Positions 22,558 through 33,705 of a stretch of 64,000 bases of DNA are shown in pieces. The position numbers were made by a program, and so were the translations under genes. Below the pieces are notes generated by a model. The model had not been told where the DNA came from. It searched no databases and saw nothing but the letters and a program-made list of their open reading frames with translations. Each line of letters begins with the position of its first letter. Within the stretch, counting starts at the first letter, position 1. Location: NCBI GenBank assembly GCA_001643675.2, contig LSRY02000019.1:62001-126000 (forward strand), in the 5' to 3' direction. This DNA comes from Monocercomonoides exilis PA203. Lineage: Eukaryota; Protista; Preaxostyla.

Positions 22558-23487
22558 TTATTTTGAAGAGCATCCACAGCAAAAATGAGATTTTGGTCCA
22601 TGAAAAGAACGCGAAGTGGTTTCAAATGGTGCAGATGGACCAACAATAAGCTTGCTATCTTGGGGCTTATAAATGTGCTTGTCATCTGGACGTCCAGGAT
22701 CTTTGTATGTTTCCCTTGCTGTGGATTCCAACCTTCCAAGAGGACCTGCAGATTCTGGAACACCTTTAAAAGCTCTTTCTCTTGTAGGATAATCATCAGA
22801 TGATGGACTTTTATATGTTCCGCGTGTTGTTGTAGTAAAATCTGTAGGGCGAGTTCCCAAAGGTTGTGTTGAACTCTTAAAAGGCAATGATCGTTCAGTA
22901 GGCTCTCCAAGGTAATTTGTTCTGTACTCTGTATCAAAAAGTCCAGGAGGAGATGATCTGGCCTTTGTTTCTCCTGGGCCCACAGACGGGCTATACAAAT
23001 CTTCGCTTGGCTTGATGTATGTTTGCCTATATGTTGTATCGAATTTTCCAGGTTCTGATTTCATTGGAGAATTAAAAGAACGTACACGAGCAGGATAATC
23101 AGCTGAAGACGGAGCCTTATACGAATCTCTCGTCATTGTGTGCGGATCAAACGGTTCGCTACCCTTCCAAGAACGAGACTTAGCCAATGGCTCATGATCA
23201 ACGTGTTTTGGAGTGTATTGGCGTTTCATTTCGGTTGCCATAGGAACCAAGCTGGGATCGGTTCCTAAGTTATCTGTTGGACGATATTGACGAGACGTTG
23301 GATAATCTTCATCGCTTGGGGGCTTGTGAAAACCTCTGCTAGTTGTGTTGAATGCATCAGGGTCATATGGCAAAGTTTTTGAAGATTTTGGTTGTTCTTT
23401 TCCATGACACAAACAGTCACATTTATGTGCGCATGTGCAGGGATAGTAAGGAGGACAAAGAGGAACAAGATCACAAGTTTTTGGCAT
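22558..23487 (-). CDS. SAXO/FAM154/MAP6-like microtubule-stabilising protein (Mn-type repeats)
   Basis: Cys/His-rich N-terminus (CTCAHKCDCLCH) and eight ~34-aa-spaced repeats such as FNTTSRGFHKP, FDTTYRQTYIKP, FDTEYRTNY and FTTTTRGTYKSP. Confidence 0.65.
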   Translation of the reverse strand: MPKTCDLVPLCPPYYPCTCAHKCDCLCHGKEQPKSSKTLPYDPDAFNTTSRGFHKPPSDEDYPTSRQYRPTDNLGTDPSLVPMATEMKRQYTPKHVDHEPLAKSRSWKGSEPFDPHTMTRDSYKAPSSADYPARVRSFNSPMKSEPGKFDTTYRQTYIKPSEDLYSPSVGPGETKARSSPPGLFDTEYRTNYLGEPTERSLPFKSSTQPLGTRPTDFTTTTRGTYKSPSSDDYPTRERAFKGVPESAGPLGRLESTARETYKDPGRPDDKHIYKPQDSKLIVGPSAPFETTSRSFHGPKSHFCCGCSSK

Positions 23488-23589
23488 AACGGTTTTTTGT
23501 AACCATATTACTTTCTTTTTGTTGAGACGAAATAAAGATTATTCTTTTTGATTGAATAATGTCAATTATTCACTGAAATAAGTTTCAAA

Positions 23590-24160
23590 TGCTGCTAATG
23601 CTAAATACATCGGTAAAGTGTAACTTATTGGGTCCGAAAATTTTCAAAGAAATTATCTTGAATTGTTTCTTAAATATACTTCATTGTTGTAAATTCGATT
23701 AATAAATGTGTAATTAAGTTTCAACGATTAACAAATAAGTTGTGAATTTCAGTTTCATTACCAAAAATAAAACCAGAATTTACAAATATTTACAGAATCA
23801 TTAAAATCTTCTTCATTCTTCAAATTATTTTCTACTTTAATTCACTCAATTCACAAATACCCAAATAAAATAAGTTGCTATTTACAGAATCTGAAGATTT
23901 TTCATCATCTTCATAGTTTTCTTTTCATTATCATCAAATAATTTTCGAATAAATATGTTCCACCTTTTGAGTGATAATGATTTAAAAATTATGTTATGAT
24001 AGGATTTTTCAATAGAAATCATAATTTTTTTACAAAAAATATCATTTGATGAATGATGATATTCGAATGTGTTAAATTTGGTGAAATATTGAGAATAATT
24101 CACAGTTAAAATCGGGACCCAATATATTACATCTTACCAATACATGCAGATTAGAACGTT
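23590..24160. mobile_element. Degenerate MITE-like element with long imperfect terminal inverted repeats
   Basis: ggtaaagtgtaacttattgggtcc (~23612-23635) versus ggacccaatatattacatcttacc (~24115-24138), with weaker similarity flanking both; no credible internal ORF. Confidence 0.5.
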
Positions 24161-24887
24161 CTTGATATATTATTTCAAATACATTTTTATCTACAATAAT
24201 TGTCAAATGAAAAAAAAAAAATACAATTCTTTTGCTCTTCATAATATTAAATAACTATTGAAGTAATTATTATTATTATTATTATTCTGAAGTCTGAAAG
24301 TTAGATGAGAAACGCTTTCGAAAACTCAAAAATCAAATCATTTAAAATAATTATTTATTTAGAAAATTCTTGTATACTTTAATTTTGATGAAAGTTTATT
24401 TTTTGCTCATTTGAACAATCACAATAATTCATATGTTTCACCTGCAGATTGTTAATTCCATTTCCTTTTTGTCATTCAAAATTCCTCTTTCCGGTTTTTG
24501 ATCCCTTTGACAAATTTATTTTTTTCATTCTCATAAATTTTATCTTCAAATCATCAAAGTTAAAAAACAACAAGAATGTGATCATATCACAGTCTTTGCT
24601 CATTGAAACAGTCACTATATCACAAAAATAGTCGCATTATTTCTTGTTATTTTCGTTTTTAGGTTGCAGTGATCGTTTTCAGGTGCTCATATTTTTGAAA
24701 AATATATGTATTTCGATATATTCGTATATTTTATCACAAAGGACTAATTAATGGTTGATCACCTGTTAACAAACCCATTTTTACAGTCTGAATATTTCTC
24801 TATCTTTTAAATCGTATTTATTTTTTTTAAAAATTTTTAACAACGAATTAATTTTTGTTTTCCATTGTTGATTCGCATTATATCTAG

Positions 24888-27800
24888 ATGGAAGATAGTG
24901 GTATTAAGCTTTTTATAAAATTTGATATTCAACATTTCAAAAAATATTATTTTCTTTTTTCATGCAATTATTTTTCTCATTTTGAAAAAATTTTGCATTC
25001 ACATAATACCCCGCATAAATATAATAGAAGAAAGTGACTTGGATGAACTTCATTTCCCGTTAAAAGTGTTGAGCGCGGAGAATATTGACAGACTCGATGA
25101 AGAGATTTCTTTTGATGGTGTGAATTTTTTTGTGTAAAATAGTACAACATATTTCATCATGCATAATATTTTATTGTGTTTTGATAAACTGTTATAAGAT
25201 AAATTTTGCACTGTATGTGGATTGTACACATCTTATGATGACAACCCGATCGTCGTTTGTGACAAATGTCAAACGGCTGTACATGCAAAATGCTACGATA
25301 TAAGTGCTGAGGAGCTTGAAGAAGATGAGTGGCTATGTAAGCCATGCAAGTGTGAAGACTATAAAGCCAATATTTCAATTTAAAAAATTTATTATTTTTT
25401 TTTTTTTTATTAGGCAACATGTTTATGCTATCAAAAAACAAAAGGTTGGACAAAAAAATGCTCGTAATTCTGAAAGGCAATGTAGGTTATGTTCGCATTA
25501 TGGAGGAGCAATGAGCGAAGTCAGCAATGATGGTGGATGGGTTCACACATGCTGCGCTATATATCTCCCAGAAGTTTGATTTGTCTAATTTCATTTTCTT
25601 GATTTATAAATTCGTTCCAATTATTAAGCTGCAATTTGTTGATGGAGCCGTCGATATTGACAAAGTGTTGAAAGAGCGAAAGAAGCACAAATGCTGTTTG
25701 TGCAATTCTTCGGAAGGGGCGATGATTCGATGTAGCTGTGCTCTCTGCGATTCCCTTTTGAAAGACCAGGAATCCGATTCCGAAGAAAGTGATACTGAAA
25801 ATGCTCAAGAACAATCAGGAAAAGAGGCTGATGTTTTGGAAGTTAAGGAAACAAAAGAAAAAGTGAGAAGAAATAGACGAAAGGAACAAAAGAAAGAAGC
25901 TGAGGAAAAGGAAAATAAAAAAGAGGATGAAAAGGAGTTAGAGAAAGCGGAGGAGAAAGAAGTTGAGAAAGAAGCTGAAAAAGAAGAGGAGAAAGAAGCG
26001 AAAGAAGAAAAAGAAGAGAAAGAAGAAAAAGAATCCGAGAAAGAGGATGTGAAAGAAATTTCAAAGGCCAAAGCCGATGAAGAGAAAGCTGCAAAAGAGG
26101 ATAAAGATAACTCTTCAGATGTCGAAGTCATTGAAGTGAAGAAGCCGAGAAGAGGGCGCCCACCGAAAAAGAAGCCTGAGGGTTCTGAGAAAGCAGGCGA
26201 AGACGCTGCTGCAAAACCAGTTGTCAAGAAAAAGCGCGGGAGGAAGCCGAAGAACGCGCTGAAGGCGAAGAAGGAAGAGGAAAGCAACGACGGAAACGAG
26301 TCGCCTGAGGAAGAGGATGTCAAAGAGGATGAAGTGGTGCCTCTGTCCAAGCGCTTCCTGCAGCTGCACGATGGCTGCCAGAAATGGTTCCATGTGTCGT
26401 GTGCTGTGAAAAGTATGAACGTTGTCAAATTGAATGGCTTTTGAGAACTTCATTTTAATCGTCATTGTCATCGTCATCGTCATTATTTAGAAATAATTAT
26501 TGCACGTTTTAACAAAAATTTGCATTTTTATTCTTTTTCAATTTAAATCTTCATTTTTATGTTTAAACAAATGTTTATGTTTTTCTCTTTTGCATCAATG
26601 GCAGACCATCTTCTTATCGATATTCTCCCGTTTCCCACTTCTGCTAAAACGAAAGTGGCAACACCTGCTTCATCATCAGAATCCACCGCAGCTCAAACAT
26701 CCTCTTCTTCCTCTAATTCTTCCTCTTCCTCTTCTTCTTCATCATCTGATTCATCAACTGAATCAATCCAAGCAGATGGCCCAACCTTCTTCGCTATTTT
26801 CTGCCCTGAGCACACCGAGGCATTCTACAACCTTCCCGATGACAAGAAGTACATCATCGGAAGTTACAACTACCATCCGCTGATTGGAATGGGCGTGCTG
26901 ACACGCGAAATGATCGATGCGCTGAAGCAGAAAGTGAAGATGGACAACAAAGCAGAAGAGGCTGCGAAGGAGGAAGCGGCGGAACAGAAAATGGATGTGG
27001 AAGAAGGAGCGAAAGAAGAAGGAAAAGAAGAGATGAAAGAAGAAATAAAGGAAGAAATCAAAGAAGAGGTGAAAGAAGAAACGAAAGACGAAACAAGTGA
27101 AGAGAGCAAATTGGAGGAAGTGAAAGAAGAGCTGAAAGAAGCAAAAGAGAAAATTGAAAACGAAGAAGGAAAAGGAGAAAAAGACGAAAAGACTGAAAAA
27201 TCGAGGAAAGCCGAAAAATTGCGCAAACTGAAAGAAGCAAGAGCAGAAGCCAATCGGATATTCAAGTTTGCACTGACGATGCAGGAAATCATTGACTGCC
27301 GTAACACTTGCATGACATGTGTGCCTTTGTTGTATTTTTTAGCCCCCTCTTTCAATCATATTCCAATTTAAATATATATTCAACATTATTATTATTATAA
27401 ATTCCGTTATTTCCAATTAAAATAATAATGTTATTAAAAAATATTTTCACAGGCACCAAATTCTCTGTGAAGCCCTGTGGCAAGTTCCTGAATCCATTTG
27501 TTGCCCTCAACAGATGCATGCGTCCTCCAAAGACAGACCCACCAGCGCTGAATTACTGGCGCATTATGAACCAAAAGAAGAAGCGAGAGAAAAGCGAAGA
27601 AGACGAAGAAGAAGGCGAGGAGGAAGGCGAAGAGAAGGAGGAGAACGAAGGAGAGGAGGAGTCTTCTTCTTCCGAAGTGGAGAAGAAAGTGAAGAGGCGC
27701 CCGAAAGCGAAGTCTGTGCGACCGAGATGGGAGCCAGCGCCGGGCGAGGAGTTCCACTTCAACGACGTCTTCTTGTCAGATGAAGAGCTGCGGGAGCTGG

Positions 27801-29188
27801 ATGCTCAGCTTGCCTTTGAGAGGAAGTCTGCGAAGGCTGGCCACGAGGAAGAAGAAGAGGAAAGCGCTGGCTCAGGCGCAGGCGGAGGTGCAGGTGCAAA
27901 CAACGACGGAATGGATGTGGAAGAGGAAGGGAAGGAAGGCAAAGATGATGATGATGATCAGTACAAAGACGAGTCCGAGGCGAAGAAGCAGAAGAAGCCT
28001 GTGACAGGAAAGAAGCGGGGGAGGAAGCCAGGGAGCACGAAGAAGAAGAAGATGGAGGATGACGATTTTGTGGGAGAGGCTGTGGAAGATGATGCGCATA
28101 GCGATGCTGAAGACAGCGATGCCGACAAGATATCACAAGAGGATGTATCAGACTTCTCAGAAAACGGAAAGTCGAAAAAGAAAAAGAAGCGCCGCGGACG
28201 GAAGCCGAAGAATGCAGACAAAGAAAAGAGCGAGAAAGATGCAGAGGGCGAAGAGAAAGACGGTGAAGGGAAAAACGAGGCGAATGAGAAGAAGCCAGGA
28301 ACTGTGGGGCGAAAGCGCGGGCCACGAAAGCAGAAAGATGCAGCAGCAGCATCTGCATCGGCAGCGCCAACTTCTGCACCACAGCCGTCTGCTCCTGCTG
28401 CGACATTCCCTCAAACTGCCTCATCTTCTGCCTCAGCCAGCACCCCAGCCTCAGCCTCAGCCTCAACGATGGCCTCTGCACCAGCCACGCAGATCAGCAC
28501 ACAGCCAATCAACTCCAGCAGCACCTCGCTGACATCGCCTCTGACGTCTTCGTATGCATATGCACCTGCATCTCTGCCACAGCACCAGCCGCTCACCCAA
28601 AACTCGCTCCTTGCAGCAGCTGCAGCAGTTGCCTCGTCGTCGTCGATGATGTCATCGATCGGGCTGTTGGGAGGGACTTCACAAGGCGACGGCTACGGGA
28701 TGTCGCTGGACGAGTACTATGCGTGGCAGAAGCAGCAGCTCCTCCGCCAGCAGCCGCGCACTGCGATGATGCCTGGCTATCCTGAGGGATATGGCCCCTC
28801 GCAGATGGGCATGGCTGGCACTGGCATGCCCACAGGCACATTGGCATTCTCAACGATGCAGCAGGCCGTGCCGATGGGGACAGTCGCGATGGGCGAGCAA
28901 AGTGTGATGGGGGGAGAGATGGCTCCTGCGCTTGGGGCGGGTGCGGGTGGTGCACAGGGCGGCGAGCAGACAACAACGCCGACAGGGTCTGCTGTACCGA
29001 ATGAGCTGCTGGTGCTGGCCAATCGTGTGCAGCAGGAGCTCGCTGCGTCGTACGGCGCTGCTGCCAACAACATCAGCCTTGCCCAGCTCTTCCAGCAGAT
29101 CAGCCCGTCGATCGTGTCGCTGTCGCAGGAGGAGCAGTCCTCGACCATCAAAGACGCGTTCCTGAAGATCCTCCAAATGGCCCAGTAA
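24888..29188 (+). CDS. PZP (PHD + Zn-knuckle + ePHD) chromatin reader of the JADE/BRPF/AF10/Nto1 type with multiple AT-hook-like motifs, 7 exons
   Basis: Spliced PHD CTVC...NPIVVCDKCQTAVHAKCY...WLCKPC, then CRLC..GGAM...WVHTCCAIYLPE, CCLC..GAMIRC...CQKWFHVSCA and FCPEH. Basic motifs PRRGRPPKK, KRGRKPK and KRGRKPG. Confidence 0.85.
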
Positions 29189-30044
29189 AATTTAAAGAAA
29201 GAAAAAAAAGAAAAGAAAAGAATAAATAAATTCTTCTTGTTTGGTTGCAATTTTGGTTTGATTTGTTTTTCTTTTTAATCGTTTGTGACTGAAAGGAGGA
29301 GTGTTTTTATGGGATTGCTGCTGTGGATATTAGCTCTCCTGTTCTTAATCTTTTTATGAATTTACTTCTTCTCGTCTTTTGTTCCTTCTCATGTCATGTC
29401 TTAATGTTATTTTCTTATCATCCCACAAGTATTTCTATTTCCATGGATAAGTTTCAATACACCAATTTAAAACTCATCTTGTTGATATAAACAAACCGAT
29501 TATTTGTTAACATTTCTTTCTCTCATAAAGCATGATGACTTCAATTACAAAAAGCAAAGTTCTCGCAAAGAAATCATCCAATTTAAAAAACATCTTTGAA
29601 AGAAACTATTTTATTATCAAAATCAACTGAGTTCAGTTTGTGTCAACAGATTTGTGTGAAATGAATCGAATGAATTGACTGAAAAAGCAAAGAACGATAA
29701 AGACTTTTTAAAATATAATTCACAACATACATAACAGAACAGAAATATGACTCATTTCCAAGGAGAAATAAACTAATCGCCAATTTAAATACAACAATAA
29801 AGGTTATGAAACGAAGAAACAATGCAAAATAAACTAATGCAATCGATCATCAAAAGAAGCAAAAAACTCGTTTCAATAAAAATAAAAAAGGCTTACAAGA
29901 GATAAATCATTCTGCTAATGTCCACTAAAAAGCAATACCAATCGATATTTATAAATACAGCACGCAAATTTCTGTATATTTTCACTCCCAAAAAAATTCA
30001 ACAACTTAAAAAGAACCACCTAATTTTCTCTAATACTCTCATTC

Positions 30045-32426
30045 TCATTCGTATCTAGCATCTGATCGTGGTGTTCTGGTGGATCTTGCACTCATAGGAG
30101 GTTTGTGTGCCGAGCTGTGTGCAGATGAAGAAGGACGCTCAGATTCCGAAGTGCCAAGCTTGCTGGATGCAACTTGCTTCACACGAGGCTTCGTGGAGTT
30201 TGATATCTGCCTCATAAATGCAGTTGTGGGCGTCGCCGGTAGAAGTGATTTCTTTGCGCGTGCACTTTTTGAAGGTATCTGATGATGAGGTGTTCGAACA
30301 GAGGGAGTGCTTGGGGCACGCTGAAGAGGCTCCAAATTGAGATGCGGAACAGAAATAGAAGAAGACGACGAGTCAGTTGAAGGTGTAGGTGATGAAAGTG
30401 CTGTCTCTTTGTACTTCGGTGGCTGTGCAGACGGATACTCTACGCTTGCTGCTGCTGAGCCTTTGTTCGCATAGAATGGCGAAGAAGCATGCGACGGAGG
30501 AGACAAAGAATTGCGTCGTGGCCGCGGAACAGTGCTGCAGCGTGGAGGAGAAACCATCCGCGGAGCCGCTGCACGTGGCTCAGTTCGCATTGATGTAATT
30601 GCTGATGATGGATATGCATGTGCTGGAAGTGGGCTTGTGTTGTCTTCCACAGAAGGATATTCAGGCATTAGCCTGGCCGGCCTTTCTCGCACGGAGCGCC
30701 GTGTGGGAGGCGTCTTGCGCCTCGAAAAGGTCACAGGGGTGCGAGCGCTCTCCGGTTTTAATCCATACACATCTGAACGTGGTGTATGCTTTGGCGTTTT
30801 CGGAGGGGCGCGGTGAGTTCTGGCGGATGTTGGAACTTTTGGCGATTTTTCAGTTCTAACAGGCTCGTCTTTTCGAACAAGTCGTTTGCTGCTTTCTTTC
30901 TTTGGAGATGTTGTTCCTTTCTCTCCAATGCTCGGACTTACCGTGCTGCTTCTCATTGTATCACTTGCTCTGTAATTTGGACCTGCTGTTTGAGTGTCCT
31001 TGCCAAATTCGATATCTTCCACCACTTCTTCGATCATTCCATCTGACCCTTCTGTGTGATCAAAGCTTCTGTAAGCCTCATTCAAATCATCGCTGCTTGA
31101 TTTGCTCTTGTTGCTTGTAGCAGAAGCAGAAGCAGAAGTATTGCTTGGCCCTTTCGTCTTTCGGACTGTGCGGCAGATGCGTGTTATTTGCGGCTGAACC
31201 GAAGGCTGAAAAGTCGAAAGGACCGTCCCCACCAAAGACGACGATGCATCAGACAGAATGTTGCTTGCGATTGTCGATCCCCTTGAAAGCGTAGCTGCCT
31301 TTGAGGATGCAGACGGAGATTCTGAAGGAAAAGCGTGTGAATGTGTTTGGGGAAATGTGAATGGTGTAACAGAAGGTGTGGATGAAGTAGTATCTCTATT
31401 TCTTGGCATTTTCAGATCTCGATTTCGTTTTGAAGATAGAAGGCGAAAGGCTTCTGCCTCATCGATGTCATCGCCTTCGTAAATCTGTTCATTTTTAATA
31501 AGCGGAGTGTCAACAGCTGACAGACTTGTACGAGTTGTCTTGACAGTTTGTGGTGTTGACCTTTGAGTCGAAGAAAATACATTCATCTTAGCACCAGTCC
31601 GCCTCGATGAAGATAAAGCACTTGCATCAGTGACACGTTCACTTTCTGAGCGGCTTATGGGTAGTGATGATGGACGTAATGCATGCGTTGGAATAATTGG
31701 AGAGGGAAAAGAAAACTTAAAAAGAGGAAGTTCAAGGCAAGAAGCTGCGGATATCCTAAGCGTTGGGTTATAAACAATTGTTTGGCGAATGAAATCGCAA
31801 AAATGTGGTATCAAATAAGTTGGTATTTGAGAAAGAATTCCAAATGACTCTGAAGGAGGAATAAATGGTTCCTTCCTTGAAAAAAGAGTCTGTGAAACAG
31901 GAACAACTGGACTACTAAATAAAGATAAAGCATTAAAACGCTTATCGGAAATATAATGCAAATCAGCTCGAGACGGATTCCCAAAACGTGAAAATATAGA
32001 TTCAAAAATATCCTCAAATGAATTACACGACAATGGTTTATATCCAAGACACATTTCAAAAAATATCATTCCAAATGCCCACATATCGTTTTCTGGGGTA
32101 AGAATCCCTTCTGATTTTTGAGCTTCAAGATGAAAAAACACTTCAGGTGAAAAATACTGTGCAGTTGTACATTCAGCTGGTAATAAAAATATTTCTTCAG
32201 ATGGTGAAACAAAAATTGTTTTAGGATGAAGAGACCCAAAACATTCACCGTTTTCATGTAATTCTTTTAGAGAAATTAGAACTTTTTTCATCCAAGGAAC
32301 AAGCATCTCTATTTTAATGAATCCTTCAAGTTGCAAAAAAAGAAATTTTTATATAAAGATTTAAATTAAATTCGAAAGAATACCAGGTGATTCATCAAAA
32401 ATGGACGCAAGAGAAGCAAGCTGCAT
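30045..32426 (-). CDS. Pseudokinase (kinase C-lobe only) with a long Ser/Pro/Thr/Arg-rich tail, 2 exons
   Basis: Probable ATG at 32426 plus one intron. LKELHENGECFGSLHPKTIFV, YFSPEV, DMWAFGMIFFEM and RISAASCLELPLF correspond to subdomains VI-XI; HRD, DFG, Gly-loop and VAIK are absent. Confidence 0.7.
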
Positions 32427-32657
32427 AAAAATTAATATTGATCGATACCCGTAAACCAATTCGCAAAGAATTTAAAAGGAAAAAAATATTTCTCTCTTAA
32501 AAATGTGCAATTTCTTTTGTGAGTGATTGGAACAAAATGAACAAATAATACTATTTACAGTTATAAGAGATGACTAAGATAAAAATTTGGATAAAGACAT
32601 TCTCATGCTCAAAAAAAAGCTGCGTTAAATATTTTGTCATGAAAGAGTTGTCATTAC

Positions 32658-33374
32658 TCATTGCTTTGACGATCCAACTCCACTTGCACATTCTTTGCAT
32701 GGCTTAATCGGATCTTCTGGTCCAAGTTTTGTTCCTTCTGGAGGTGGTGTAATAGACATATCTCCAGGCAATTCTGATTTTCTCTTTTGTGCTTCAGCAA
32801 CTTTATTCATCTCCTCTTGTGCTTTTTTAACTTGCTCTTCTTCATTTTGTTTTTTCCGTTCATCAGCTTTTTGGAGTTTATCTTGAATAACTTTTTCCAA
32901 CTCTTTTTGGGATTCGTCTTGTTTCATCTTATGCTCTTTGTGAATATTTGCAACTTTTTCTTGATGCATACGACAGCTTTCCACCTTTTCTTGCATTAGC
33001 GATTCAGCTCGTTTTTGTGCCATCTCCAAGTCTTTTTCCATTTGTTGTCGGTCTTTTTGACGGTCTGCATTCATTTCTTCCTTTTGTTTTTGTACTGTTT
33101 GTTGCTTTTCTGATACTTTTGCTCCAGCTTCTTTTTTCTTTCAACAAAAATTTGAATAAAAAGTTGAAAAGGATAAAAAAAATCAAACTGATTGAAGTTC
33201 ATTCATTCTACGTCTTTCTGCTTCTGCTAATTTTTCCTGTATTTCTTGCGCAGAAAGCTCTTCCTTTTGATTTGATTCAAGTTTCTTTGCAACTTCTGGC
33301 TTCTCAGAACTTTTTTCTAATGGTACATCGATACAGATACTTTGCATTGAACTTTTAGTTTTGTTTGTTTGCAT
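32658..33374 (-). CDS. Stathmin-like tubulin-binding protein, 2 exons, 221 aa
   Basis: Intron 33138-33188 joins the 63-aa and 138-aa ORFs in frame. KEELSAQEIQEKLAEAERRR resembles stathmin [20 protein letters not shown]; helical repeats occur at 50-51-aa spacing. Confidence 0.7.
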
Positions 33375-33705
33375 TATAAAATGTATTTATAGATTATAGA
33401 AATTAACGCGATTGTTCCAGCACGGTTATATCATGCGAAGGCAAAAAATTCGCACATTCCTGCAGCATTTTGATCTGATTGTATTTTAAATTATTTAAAA
33501 ATTTTATGAAGGAATAATTCAAAGTTGCATATTTTGGTAAATACCCTCTTTCAAAAACAAAAACGAAAAAAAAAAAAAAAGACGTTTGGAGTGAAGACTT
33601 CAAAAAATAAATTGGAAAAAAAAAAATAGCTTCATTCGTTAAAAATTAAAGTTAATAACTTAAATTGTTGAGTGATGAACGATATTATCAAGATATAAAT
33701 TGTTT

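Noticed and set aside
33410-33480. GC-richer patch with a small tgcgaa/ttcgca stem upstream of the stathmin-like gene
   Set aside because: Only a 6-bp stem, with no tRNA cloverleaf or convincing snoRNA boxes.
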